From the NCBI GenBank assembly GCA_963700285.1, contig CAVOXA010000009.1, positions 294,631 through 358,630 on the forward strand: DNA of 64,000 nt, read 5' to 3'. Source of the stretch: an uncultured Chloroflexia bacterium (GTDB lineage Bacteria; Chloroflexota; Anaerolineae; JAAYZQ01). The position numbers and the translations under genes were made by a program. Shown here piece after piece: positions 43,874 through 54,152 of this stretch (positions are counted from its first letter, which is position 1; every line of letters starts with the position of its first letter). The notes beneath the pieces are model-generated. The model was not told the origin of the DNA, made no database searches, and worked only from the letters and a program-made list of their open reading frames with translations.

Positions 43874-44880
43874 CTGGTGACCAGCCCCCCCAGCCTAGCG
43901 AGGTAGATACAGATGGCGCGGGCGCGCCCTTGAAAGGCCACGTCGCCGATCCTTTGGGCACGGGCGATGGCCAGAGCGCAGAGATGGTGCCGCCCATCGG
44001 CGACGTATTCCGAACCAGGCGCGTGGAATCGCCCATGGATAGACTGACCCGCCGAGGCGCTGGCAAACGGTCCACCACGCGTACCAGCCGTAAGCGTGGT
44101 CGCTATACCCAGGCCCGGCCCGCCAACGGCGACCTCACGGACATTGCCCTGGATGCCACAATCCGGCAAGCGGCCCTCCAGCAGGTCGAACGAAGAGCTG
44201 AGCAGAAGACAGATTCGATCCCTCTTCTGGCTCCATGCCAGCCAGAGCCACGGCCCAGCGAGCGCCTGACCATTCTACCCGAAGATGTGCAGAAAAAAGT
44301 TCGTGTCCGCCGGGCATCCAACCTGATCCTTTTTGTTGTCGATGCCAGTTGGAGCATGGCCGGCGCTCAACGGATGGAAGCCACCAAGGGGGCGATCATG
44401 TCCCTGCTGGTAGATGCCTATCAGAAGCGGGATATGGTCGGGCTGATCGTTTTTCAGAAGGAGGAGGCCCGGCTGGTACTGCCCTTCACGTCCAGCGTGG
44501 AACTGGCCCAAAGGGCACTCCATCACCTGCCGGTCGGCGGCAAGACTCCCTTGTCAGCCGGACTGATGCTGGCCTACCGGGCTTTTCGCCGGGAACTACG
44601 CCTCCACCGCGAAGCCATGCCGCTGATGATCCTACTGACCGATGGCGCAGGCAATGTATCGCTAACCGAGACGCCCCCCCAGGAAGAAGCACACAAGATT
44701 GCCGACCTGATCCACAAAGATGGCATCCACTCGGTGGTCATCAACATGGAACATGAGGCCTACGACCGGGGGCTGGCCAACCACTTGGCGCAGGCCTTGG
44801 AAGGGCCATGCTATTGCCTGGCTGAACTGAGGGCGGCTGAACTGTACCGTACCGTACGGGAAGAGTTGGACGCGCAATAG
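43867..44880 (+). CDS. chelatase D-subunit C-half (acidic/Pro linker plus VWA domain) in the -1 frame
   Basis: [18 protein letters not shown] (MIDAS), GGKTPL, LLTDG. Confidence 0.88.
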   Translation, partial: DVTGDQPPQPSEVDTDGAGAPLKGHVADPLGTGDGQSAEMVPPIGDVFRTRRVESPMDRLTRRGAGKRSTTRTSRKRGRYTQARPANGDLTDIALDATIRQAALQQVERRAEQKTDSIPLLAPCQPEPRPSERLTILPEDVQKKVRVRRASNLILFVVDASWSMAGAQRMEATKGAIMSLLVDAYQKRDMVGLIVFQKEEARLVLPFTSSVELAQRALHHLPVGGKTPLSAGLMLAYRAFRRELRLHREAMPLMILLTDGAGNVSLTETPPQEEAHKIADLIHKDGIHSVVINMEHEAYDRGLANHLAQALEGPCYCLAELRAAELYRTVREELDAQ

Positions 44881-45000
44881 CGAATGGGAGTGCCGGCGAA
44901 CAGCAAACAGGCGGTGGGCCCAGCGGCTTGCCAAATGCCAGAAGATGTGCTAAACTCACAGCCGCATTGAACCCTTTCTAGATTGGAGTGATCCTCAACG

Positions 45001-46500
45001 TTGAGTGAAAACGGCCCACTGAAAATCCTGCTGCTAGCTGCTGAAGTAGTGCCCTTTGCCAAGACCGGCGGATTGGCCGATGTGGCCGGCGCCCTACCCA
45101 AGGCCATCCGGTCTCTGGGCCATGACATTCGGGTAGCCATGCCCCACTATGGCCGCATCGAGACGGGCAGGTTCCAGCTCCAAGAGGCAGTTGCACCCTT
45201 TGAAGTAGCCATGAAACACACCGCCAAGCAGGCCAGTATCTTGCAGGCCAGCCTCGACCCTGACATCCCGGTCTATATGGTAGAGAATGCCGAGTACTTT
45301 GACCGGGAAGGCCTGTACATGTATCCTGACGACGCCGAGCGCTTTATCTTTTTCTGCCGGGCCACGCTGGAGGCGCTCAGGCAGCTAGACTGGCAGCCCG
45401 ACGTAATACACTGCCACGACTGGCACACAGCCATTGTGCCCAATTGGCTGGGTACGATCTATAGAAACGATCCCTTCTTTGCCGATACGGCGACGGTGTA
45501 TACCATCCACAATCTGGCCTATCAGGGGATTTTTGGCTACCGCGTATTAGAGATCGCCGGGGTTGAGGAATGGGGCTTCCTGTATCATCCAGAGATGGCC
45601 GACCTCAACGAGGTGGTGGACATGATGTGGCGAGGCATCTATGCCGCCGACCTGGTGAGCACCGTCAGCGAGACCTATGCCCGGGAGATCTTGACGCCCG
45701 AGTATGGTGAACAACTGGACCCGTTGTTGCGCGATCGCAGAGACCGTTTGTTTGGAATCCTCAATGGTATCGACTATGGCACCAGCGATCCGTCGACGGA
45801 CCCCCATATTGAGACCCAATATGATGTTGCCACCTTGGACCGGAGAGTAGAGAACAAACTCGCCCTGCAGCGAGAAGCCGGGCTGCCTGAGGAACCCGAG
45901 GTACCGCTCATTGGCATCATCTCGCGCTTGACCGACTCGAAAGGCATTGACATCCTGGGCGAGGCCATCGACCATATCCTCGACCTGGGGGTCCAATTCG
46001 TGCTCATGGGCACCGGAGAGCAGCACTACCACAACCTATTTAGCCGCATGGTTGAGGCGTATCCGCAGCAGGCAGCCACCTTTCTGACCTTTAATACACC
46101 ACTGGCCAGCCGCATCTATGCCGGCAGCGACATGTACCTCATGCCCAGCCGCGTCGAGCCTTGCGGCACGAGCCAGATGATCGCTATGCATTACGGCAGT
46201 GTGCCCATCGTGCGGGCAGCCGGAGGCCTGGCAGATACTGTACGGGAGGCCGACCCTGTCACCGGACAGGGCAACGGGTTCGTCTTTGAGGCTTACGACC
46301 GCTGGATGCTCTTTGCGGCCATTGTGCGCGCCGCTGAAACCTTCAAACATCCGACTGTCTGGCGCCAGCTCCAATTGCAGGGCATGCGTACCGATTTCTC
46401 TTGGGAACGGTCCGCGCACAAGTACATCGAACTGTACCGCCGGGCCATGGCCAGCCGTATTCCGCGGCCCGACTTGGAAACCTACCAGGCACAATCATGA
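45001..46500 (+). CDS. glgA: glycogen synthase
   Basis: KTGGLADV, HCHDWHT, TIHNLAYQG, PSRVEPCG, GGLADTV. Confidence 0.97.
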   Translation: MSENGPLKILLLAAEVVPFAKTGGLADVAGALPKAIRSLGHDIRVAMPHYGRIETGRFQLQEAVAPFEVAMKHTAKQASILQASLDPDIPVYMVENAEYFDREGLYMYPDDAERFIFFCRATLEALRQLDWQPDVIHCHDWHTAIVPNWLGTIYRNDPFFADTATVYTIHNLAYQGIFGYRVLEIAGVEEWGFLYHPEMADLNEVVDMMWRGIYAADLVSTVSETYAREILTPEYGEQLDPLLRDRRDRLFGILNGIDYGTSDPSTDPHIETQYDVATLDRRVENKLALQREAGLPEEPEVPLIGIISRLTDSKGIDILGEAIDHILDLGVQFVLMGTGEQHYHNLFSRMVEAYPQQAATFLTFNTPLASRIYAGSDMYLMPSRVEPCGTSQMIAMHYGSVPIVRAAGGLADTVREADPVTGQGNGFVFEAYDRWMLFAAIVRAAETFKHPTVWRQLQLQGMRTDFSWERSAHKYIELYRRAMASRIPRPDLETYQAQS

Positions 46501-46544
46501 CCCAGTTGTAGGTCAAGGTGGGTTGGCGTCAACGGAGGAGGAGA

Positions 46545-47360
46545 ATGGACATTACAGCTATTGGTACAGCGCGGGGCATTTTTGAGATATTCATCCCAGG
46601 TTTGTTCCTCATCTTGAACACCGTGGCTGTAATCTATGCCTTGCTCGGCCGCAACATAGCAGACGACTTTTTTGGAGGGTCAGCTGAGAACTGGGTGATC
46701 TTGGCCGTCTTGTTCTTCCTCAGCTACTTGGCAGGTACGATCATACGTTTGTTCAAAACTGATATAGTTGACACGTGTGCTCGTTGGTGGCTTCGCAACT
46801 GCCCTTGGAGGAGAAGGGCCGCAAAGTCTGGGGATTGTGTCGATGAAGAGTTTCCCTATATCAAGTGGCTTGGAGCTACTCATACTTTTCCTCTGGGAAA
46901 GAGCGCACCAGAAATTCAGGCACTGAATGAGTTCTATGGAAAGCTCTGGGAGCCCCAGGCAGAAGGGATGGACAATCGAGTACAGAAGCTAGCATTCTTC
47001 AATTTTTGCAAGAGCATGATCAATTCCAGATGTGAAAGGTCTGCCAACGAAATCTATACAGCTGAAGCTCTAAGCCGCTTTCTTACGGGCATGTTCTATT
47101 CCTTGATCTTCAGCCTCATGGTGATACTTGCAGGAATATATGCGTCGTTCATCATTGAACTGATCCAGCCTTTGAACGGTTTGATTCAGAGACTATCTCG
47201 TGACGCATTGCCCCTCATATTGACCTTTGGGGCCTTGTTCTTGCTCTATTTGGCGCTAGTCATGGTGATCCTTACGCACTACCGGTTCATCCGCATCAGG
47301 GAAGTCAGCATTGTCTTCAATGCTACGTTCCGATTCCAAGACCTGTTTGAGCCGCACTAG
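46545..47360 (+). CDS. hypothetical membrane protein (about 4 TM), AT-richer than its flanks
   Basis: GGAGGAG RBS; two pairs of TM helices around a soluble domain. Confidence 0.65.
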   Translation: MDITAIGTARGIFEIFIPGLFLILNTVAVIYALLGRNIADDFFGGSAENWVILAVLFFLSYLAGTIIRLFKTDIVDTCARWWLRNCPWRRRAAKSGDCVDEEFPYIKWLGATHTFPLGKSAPEIQALNEFYGKLWEPQAEGMDNRVQKLAFFNFCKSMINSRCERSANEIYTAEALSRFLTGMFYSLIFSLMVILAGIYASFIIELIQPLNGLIQRLSRDALPLILTFGALFLLYLALVMVILTHYRFIRIREVSIVFNATFRFQDLFEPH

Positions 47361-47416
47361 CCCAAGTCACAGAAGGAACAGTCTAGCTAGCGACCTAGCC
47401 GAAAGATACACGTTCC

Positions 47417-48562
47417 ATGAGCCCCGTCCTGAGTATCGTTTCCTTGCCTAATCAGATAGCCAGCTTGTCGGCCGAGGACCGGGCGCGACTCGAGCGCATC
47501 TTTCATGTGAGTGACACCTTGGGCCACACCGCACCGCCAGAAGCGATGCAGCCCTGGATCGATAAGCAGTTCGGGTCTGTCGATGCTGTCCGCCGGCAGC
47601 GGATCATAAAAGTCACCAACCTGGTCACGCTGGAGGGGGCCCTATTCAATGAGTTGCGGTCCAGGAGGCCCATCGAAGCCCCGTCGGGCAGCGAAGAGCT
47701 GGAAGAGATCATCCAGAACAGTAGGGGCGGCTCGTTCTGCCATCCGGAAGAAGGTACACCGGCCGACACCTTTGGCCGCATCAGGGGGCAACATGCCCTC
47801 ACAGCCTCAAACGTGGCCAAGTATGATGGCTGGCACGGCGTCATCGTCTTTGACGAACATCACCCGCTGCGCTTCACACCCGAGCAGGTGGCGGATTACA
47901 TCGATACAGCCCAGCAGTGGGCCCAGAGGGCACACGCGGCTGACCCAGAAGCTTGCTACCCTTTCTTTCTATGGAACTGCCTGTGGAAAGCCGGCGCATC
48001 CATCCTCCACGGCCATGCCCAGATGATCCTGGGCCAGGGCATGCACTATGCCAAGGTCGAGGCTTGGCGGCAGGCGGCCCAACGCTACCAGTTGTCTCAT
48101 GCTACGAGCTATTTTGACGATCTAGTCGCTGTGCACCGGTCCCTAGATCTGGCCATCGAGCACGGCACGGCTACCATTCTTCCCTCACTGACACCCCTGA
48201 AGGAGAAGGAGACACTCATTGTCTCCGATTACCTGGACGATGGACTCAAGTCGGCCATCGCCGTGGTACTTAGCACAATGATAGGACGGCTGGGTGTGCA
48301 GAGCTTTAACGTGGCGCTGTACCAGCCCCCGCTCGCGGCCACGCCGGAAAGCTGGGACGGATTTCCCTGTGTCGCGCGCATCGTGGATCGGGGCAGCCTG
48401 CAAAGCAAGACGGCAGACGTCGCGGCCATGGAACTGTTTGGCCAGAGCATCGTGACGACAGATCCCTTTCGCCTCGTCGACGCACTGCGTGTGACTGCGA
48501 CACGCCATCCCCAAACGGGTATCCAGGGAGGATCAAGTGAAGGTAGCCATTCGCCGCATTGA
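47417..48562 (+). CDS. GalT-like HIT-superfamily nucleotidyltransferase
   Basis: WNCLWKAGASILHGHAQ matches the GalT-type GAS..HxHxQ motif. Confidence 0.75.
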   Translation: MSPVLSIVSLPNQIASLSAEDRARLERIFHVSDTLGHTAPPEAMQPWIDKQFGSVDAVRRQRIIKVTNLVTLEGALFNELRSRRPIEAPSGSEELEEIIQNSRGGSFCHPEEGTPADTFGRIRGQHALTASNVAKYDGWHGVIVFDEHHPLRFTPEQVADYIDTAQQWAQRAHAADPEACYPFFLWNCLWKAGASILHGHAQMILGQGMHYAKVEAWRQAAQRYQLSHATSYFDDLVAVHRSLDLAIEHGTATILPSLTPLKEKETLIVSDYLDDGLKSAIAVVLSTMIGRLGVQSFNVALYQPPLAATPESWDGFPCVARIVDRGSLQSKTADVAAMELFGQSIVTTDPFRLVDALRVTATRHPQTGIQGGSSEGSHSPH

Positions 48563-48974
48563 CCTGGCCTCGCTAGGCAAGTTTGGATGCCTGTTGGGCG
48601 CGGTAGCGGCACTCTTGCCCAGCTTTCTGTGTGGACTGCTCGGCCTTGGACTGGCAAGTATGGCACGCCGCTGGCTGGAGGGCTGGGAAGAGATCACTAT
48701 CTCTGTTTTGGGCACGGAGATTGCTAGCCTCGACCTGGTAGCCATCCTGGGCCTGGAGCAGGTGATGGAGGTCCTTCAGGTCCTGGGCACGGCATCGGCG
48801 CCAGTCTTGCTCTTGGCTGTCCTGGGCCTGGCTTTGGTCAGCGGCGCGGTTTTGGCTATCATCATCGCCCTGGTTGGCCTGGTCTACAATCTGTTGGCCG
48901 CAGCCACCGGGGGGCTTGTCGTTGAGATGAAGGCTTCTGACCAGAAGCCGGACCAGACGACGGGCGACGAGTAG
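48537..48974 (+). CDS. small membrane protein (DUF3566-like)
   Basis: IRRIDLASLGK N-terminus; YNLLAAATGGL C-terminus. Confidence 0.6.
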   Translation: MKVAIRRIDLASLGKFGCLLGAVAALLPSFLCGLLGLGLASMARRWLEGWEEITISVLGTEIASLDLVAILGLEQVMEVLQVLGTASAPVLLLAVLGLALVSGAVLAIIIALVGLVYNLLAAATGGLVVEMKASDQKPDQTTGDE

Positions 48975-49063
48975 GGTAGCGCGGCCGGACGAGCTGCCCA
49001 GGGCATTGAAACCGGGCGACATCGTTCTTCCGCCTATTGCTCATTCAGCGATTTCCAGTCCAG

Positions 49064-49092
49064 TTGACAAATGAGCTCGATAGATGTAGAAT
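49064..49092 (+). promoter_or_regulatory. sigma70 promoter
   Basis: TTGACA-N17-TAGAAT. Confidence 0.75.
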
Positions 49093-49163
49093 AGGGCATT
49101 GCTTTTTGGTTTTTTGGGGATCATGCGTGGCCTCATGCATGGTACCTACCGACGGAGAGAGAT

Positions 49164-49898
49164 GTGGGACGCATATCAAAGCTGACACGCCAGTCATTGA
49201 CGCCTCGTCAGAGCGCCTTCTTGGACAAGCTCCTGGAGCTTTACCGGGAACACAGAAGCCCCGTTCACTACTCAGACGTGGCCGCGCGCCTGGGCGTCAA
49301 CCGGTTCTCAGCCTACGACATGCTGAAGGTTCTGGAGAAAAAGGGGTTTGCGACATCCAGCTACGCACTGGCTGCCGGGCATTCAGGGCCAGGCCGCTCG
49401 ATGGTGGTCTTTGCGCCCACCCACGAAGCAGCCGCTTTCGGCAACTTTGGACCGGACTACGACCGTCTGGACGAAGAATGGCGGAATGCTCGGGCCTGGG
49501 TCTTGAAGAAGCTCCAGGAGGCAAGAGAGGCCAGCTACCGGGAGGCGCTCAACGACCTCGTGACACACTTGCCCGAGGCCAAAGCCCCCTTGACATTCTG
49601 CACCCAGATGGTCGGTGCCCTATTGCTGAACATGGAACGGGCCAGGTCGCGAAGTAGCGAGATCAACCCCTTTCGCGCCCTGGCTGCCTTCGGAGCCAGT
49701 GACAAAGGCGGCCTGGAAATGCTGGCCGGACTCAGCGTAGGCGCGACTTTGTCAGCCGACGATGAGTCAAGCGCCTCCATTACCCAGCGCCTGTTGGATC
49801 AAGCATACCACTATCAAACCAGCTTGTCGAGGCTGAGCGAGGAAGCCCGCTCAGCCCTGGCTCAGTTTCTAGAAGAAGCGCTGGAAGCATTGGATTAG
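49164..49898 (+). CDS. winged-HTH transcriptional regulator
   Basis: LTPRQ...VHYSDVAARLGVNRFSAYDMLKVLEKKG. Confidence 0.75.
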   Translation: MGRISKLTRQSLTPRQSAFLDKLLELYREHRSPVHYSDVAARLGVNRFSAYDMLKVLEKKGFATSSYALAAGHSGPGRSMVVFAPTHEAAAFGNFGPDYDRLDEEWRNARAWVLKKLQEAREASYREALNDLVTHLPEAKAPLTFCTQMVGALLLNMERARSRSSEINPFRALAAFGASDKGGLEMLAGLSVGATLSADDESSASITQRLLDQAYHYQTSLSRLSEEARSALAQFLEEALEALD

Positions 49899-49930
49899 GC
49901 AACTTTGAACCCCAAGGAGAAGCGAGGACT

Positions 49931-50770
49931 ATGATCAAAATTGTGACCGACTCGACCGCCTATTTGCCCGAGGCCACCGTCCGCCAGCACGACATCCGTG
50001 TCGTGCCCCTGTACGTGCACTTTGGAAACGAAGCTTTTCGGGAGGGCGTTGATCTTTCCGACGAGGAATTCTATGCCCGCCTGAAAGCATCGCCGGAACT
50101 ACCTACCACCTCCCAACCATCCGCGGGCGAATTCCACGAGGTATTCAAAGAGTTGGCCGACGCCGGACACGAGATCCTGACCGTGACGATTTCGAGCAAG
50201 CTCAGCGGCACTTGGAACTCGGCGATGGCCGCCAAAGAGATGCTGCCCGACGCTGATATCAGCGTCATCGACTCTCTGTCTACATCGGTTGGACTGGAAC
50301 TGATGGTCAGAGCGGCGATCGAAGCGGTTGCTGCAGGCGACAGCCTGCAAGAGATCACGGGGCAGATTGAGGAAATCAGGGAAAAGATGTGGTTGCTCTT
50401 TGTTGTGGATACGCTAGAGTATCTGGCCAAGGGTGGGCGTATTGGCAATGCCCGAGCATTACTGGGCACTGTGCTAAAAGTCAAACCGATCTTGAGCCTG
50501 CAGGCTGGCGCCATCGAACCCATGGAGCAGGTACGGTCCAAGCGCAAGGCGGTAGCGCGCATGATCGAGCTGGTCGAGGACCATCTGGCAGAGAGTTGCT
50601 CCGAAGCTAAGGTTGGCGTCATGAACGCTCTGGTGGAGGGCGAAGCGGAGGAATTGGGCCAAGAACTGGCGACCCGCTGGACATGCGCTACGCCCACCGT
50701 GAGCAGCCTCGGCCCTGTCATTGGAACACACACCGGTCCTGGCGTGATCGGTGTAGCGGCCTACGCATAA
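49931..50770 (+). CDS. DegV/FakB fatty-acid-binding protein
   Basis: IVTDST, TTSQPS, SSKLSGT, LAKGGRIG, HTGPG. Confidence 0.95.
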   Translation: MIKIVTDSTAYLPEATVRQHDIRVVPLYVHFGNEAFREGVDLSDEEFYARLKASPELPTTSQPSAGEFHEVFKELADAGHEILTVTISSKLSGTWNSAMAAKEMLPDADISVIDSLSTSVGLELMVRAAIEAVAAGDSLQEITGQIEEIREKMWLLFVVDTLEYLAKGGRIGNARALLGTVLKVKPILSLQAGAIEPMEQVRSKRKAVARMIELVEDHLAESCSEAKVGVMNALVEGEAEELGQELATRWTCATPTVSSLGPVIGTHTGPGVIGVAAYA

Positions 50771-50778
50771 GGCGGTAG

Positions 50779-51825
50779 TCAAACCTTCGGGAGCGCGGCC
50801 TGAGGTCGGGAACGCACACTTGAGACCAGCAAGAGCTCTCTCTCCTCGTCCGACAGAAAGGCAGCCGTCAGCGTGTTGCGCTGGGCCTGGTGTATTTGTT
50901 CCGGTGTGAGACCCGCGGCGGGCGCAGCAATCTCGTATTCGTGGCGCAAGTCTATGGCACTGATGCCCGGGTCATCTGTATTCAGGGTCACCAGCAAACC
51001 GTTGTCCATGAAACGCCGGATCGGGTGGCTGGCATAGTCTGGTACCGTGCTCGTTTGCACGTTGCTCGTCAGACTTGATTCGACTCCAATCGCATGCTCG
51101 GCCATGTATTCCAGCAGAGCAGGATCTTGGATGGCCGAAACGGCATGGCCAACACGCATGGCCCCCAGTTCACGGAGGGCCTGCCAGATGCTTTCTGGAC
51201 CGGCGGACTCGCCAGCATGGACCGTGATCCGCCAGTCCACATCCCGCGCTCGTGCAAAGTGATCCACGAAAAGGTCCCCCGGCCAGTTCGCCTCGTCACC
51301 AGCCAGGTCCAGGGCAACCAGCCCGTCGCGATACTGGAGCAGGGCATCTAATTCCTGCCAGGCGCACGATGGCCCGTAAGTGCGGCTGATAATGCCGATC
51401 ATGTTTACTTTGATGCCAAAGTCGCGCGCCCCTGCTTGCGCGCCATCAAGAACCGCTTCCACCACGCCGGAGGGATCCAAGTCGTGGGTCTCAGCCATGA
51501 ACCAGGGGCTGAACCGTAGTTCAATGTAGTCAATGCCCTCGCCGCGCGCATCCTCCACGCTTTCGTAGGCCACTCGCCGGCAGGCATTCAGGTCCACCAG
51601 CACTGCGGTCATCCATTTGAACTTGGCGATGAAAGCCATGACGCCCGGCATCGCCGTTTCTGCAGGCCCATCCGCCAATACCTGTACGTGGGGCCGCAGT
51701 CCTTCCACGTCCCGGGCAGGCAGGGGAATATTGTGCCTGTGCCCCAAGTCCAGGATGGTCTCCAGGCGCACACTGCCATCCAGATGGCGATGCAGGTCGA
51801 TCAGAGGCAGGCTTGGATCCACCAT
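50779..51825 (-). CDS. add: adenosine deaminase
   Basis: DLHRHLDG, ELRFSP, DLAGDE, HAGE, NTDDP. Confidence 0.95.
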   Translation of the reverse strand: MVDPSLPLIDLHRHLDGSVRLETILDLGHRHNIPLPARDVEGLRPHVQVLADGPAETAMPGVMAFIAKFKWMTAVLVDLNACRRVAYESVEDARGEGIDYIELRFSPWFMAETHDLDPSGVVEAVLDGAQAGARDFGIKVNMIGIISRTYGPSCAWQELDALLQYRDGLVALDLAGDEANWPGDLFVDHFARARDVDWRITVHAGESAGPESIWQALRELGAMRVGHAVSAIQDPALLEYMAEHAIGVESSLTSNVQTSTVPDYASHPIRRFMDNGLLVTLNTDDPGISAIDLRHEYEIAAPAAGLTPEQIHQAQRNTLTAAFLSDEERELLLVSSVRSRPQAALPKV

Positions 51826-52141
51826 TGCCCTTGGCATTCCTTTCATTCTCCACGGTCTTTTGATTGCTCGTACCAGCAGCTTGTGGATTATACCATCAAG
51901 CCTTTGGAGCGCCAAGCCGGCTGCTTGTCAGCCACGGATCTGATCTCCGTGATTCGGTCTGAGCAACTCGCTTGCTGGTGGCCAGCTTTTCGAGTATAAT
52001 GCGGGCAGCCTGTTCTGGAGATCCCCAGCGCGCTGTTCGCAACAAGGCTGCAGGCTCGGGGTGAATCGCCAGAAAGGCCATAGCACGCGCAATGCTGATC
52101 CGGCTTCTTGTCGACCGGGACAGAAAGGAACCTCGATCAAT

Positions 52142-53177
52142 ATGGCACAACAGGCAAATCTGCTGCTCATGGGCGTGGGCAACGTGGGCCGCCGTTTTCT
52201 GGAACTGCTCATCCAAAAAAGAGACAAGCTGGAGCACCAGCTCGGATTGACCCTCGTCGTCACAGGCGCAGCCGACACCTCGGGCATTGCCCAATGTCCG
52301 AGTGGACTTGACCCTCAGGTGATCGTGGATCTCAAGGCCCAGGGTCTGGGGGTGGCCGACTATGCGCCTTGGGGCCAAGCCGGGATTCCCGGACTGGAGA
52401 TGGTGCGGACTGCGGAGGCGAATCTGCTCCTGGATGCTTCTCCAGCCAGCATGGAGACCGGCCAGCCGGGCTTGAGCTGTGTAGAGACCGCATTGTTCCG
52501 GGGGATGCACGTCGTCACGGCCAACAAGACGCCCTTGGTGCTGGCCTTTCCCCACCTGCTGGCCCTGGCCAGGGATCATGGCGTGCAGCTCCGCTACGAT
52601 GCCACGGTGGCGGGCGGCCTGCCGGCTGTGAACCTGGGCCAGCGCGACTTGGCTGTCGCAGATATCTACCGGCTGGAGGGTATTCTGAACCTTACGACCA
52701 ACTACATCCTGACGCGTATGGCCGACGACAGGCTGAGCTATGATGAGGCTCTGGCTGATGCGCAGGCAGCCGGCCACGCCGAAGCCGATCCCAGCCTGGA
52801 TGTCGAAGGTTGGGACGCCGCCAACAAGCTGGTTATCCTTTCTCACAGCGTGCTGGGCTATCCGGCCATGCTGGACCAAGTAACCGTGGAGGGCATCACG
52901 CACGTTACGGCGGAGATGCTGGCGCAGGCTGCTGCCGAAGGGAAAAGGGTCAAGCTGACTGGCCACCGCCGAGCAGGACGGTGACGTCTACCGCTTCAGC
53001 GTCCAGCCCACCTGGCTGGATACCAACCATCCGATGGCCCAGCTTCAGGCCAAGCAGATGGGCATTGTCTACTATACGGACATCAGCGGCGTCATTGCAG
53101 CGGCCATCATCGAGGAAACACCAGTACCCACCGCATCAGCCATGCTGCGTGACGTGATAGAGATCTACCGGGACTAG
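52142..53177 (+). CDS. hom: homoserine dehydrogenase, frameshifted near 52958
   Basis: GVGNVG, VVTANK, ATVAGGLP, AEADPSLDVEGWDAANK. The C-terminus (LATAEQ...TASAMLRD*) is in another frame. Confidence 0.8.
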
Positions 53178-53234
53178 AATGGCATTGGGTGCGAAACCCG
53201 CGATCCGAGGAACCGCTGCACACCAGCAAGCAAC

Positions 53235-54107
53235 ATGGGAGCATTGACCATGAGCCTACTGCTCGAAACAGTTGACTCGGTTGAGCCAGGGACAGTTGCC
53301 ATCCTGGGCGTCCCATCCGACGAGAATTCGTCCTTCATGCGCGGGCCCGCCCTGGCGCCGCGTCGCATACGCGAGGTGCTGCATGCAGGCTCCTCAAACT
53401 ATTGTGCCGAGAACGGGGTAGACCTGGGCTCGGAAGCCCGATTGAAAGATCTGGGTGATCTGGCGCTCGAAAGCGGCACGATGGCCATGGAGCAGATCGA
53501 GTCCGCGATTTCGGATTTGGTCGAGCGGGGAGCCTACGCCCTGTCGCTGGGCGGCGACCACGCCGTCACCTATCCCATCGTGAGAGCCTATGCCAGACGT
53601 TACCCGGGGCTGAACATCCTGCACCTCGATGCCCACGCCGACCTGTACGACGAGTATGAGGGCAACCGCCATTCCAACGCCTGCCCCTTTGCCCGGATCA
53701 TGGAGGAAAAGCTTGCGGCCCGGCTGGTCCAGGTGGGCATCCGGACCATGAATCCACACCAGCGGATCCAGGCCGAACGCTTTGGGGTCGAGGTCATCGA
53801 CATGCAGCGCTGGCGGTCTGGATTCCAGGCAGCGTTCCAGGAGCCAATTTACCTATCACTGGACATGGATGCCCTTGACCCGGCCTTTGCCCCAGGAGTA
53901 TCACACCACGAACCGGGCGGGCTGTCTACTCGGGAGGTAATCGGACTCATTCAGAGCCTGCAAGTCCCTATCGTAGGCGCAGACATCGTCGAGTTCAACC
54001 CCAGTCGCGACCCGGTGGGCATCACAGCCATGGCCGCTGCCAAGCTGCTCAAAGAGATCGCCGCCCATATGCTTGAGAGCAACGAGCCTCGCAGTGGTCG
54101 AAACTGA
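53235..54107 (+). CDS. speB: agmatinase / arginase-family ureohydrolase
   Basis: GGDH, DAHAD, SLDMDALDP, EPGG, VEFNP. Confidence 0.85.
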   Translation: MGALTMSLLLETVDSVEPGTVAILGVPSDENSSFMRGPALAPRRIREVLHAGSSNYCAENGVDLGSEARLKDLGDLALESGTMAMEQIESAISDLVERGAYALSLGGDHAVTYPIVRAYARRYPGLNILHLDAHADLYDEYEGNRHSNACPFARIMEEKLAARLVQVGIRTMNPHQRIQAERFGVEVIDMQRWRSGFQAAFQEPIYLSLDMDALDPAFAPGVSHHEPGGLSTREVIGLIQSLQVPIVGADIVEFNPSRDPVGITAMAAAKLLKEIAAHMLESNEPRSGRN

Positions 54108-54152
54108 GAGACGTACAAAAGATGATCATACTGTAACCAAGGAGCGCGAACC

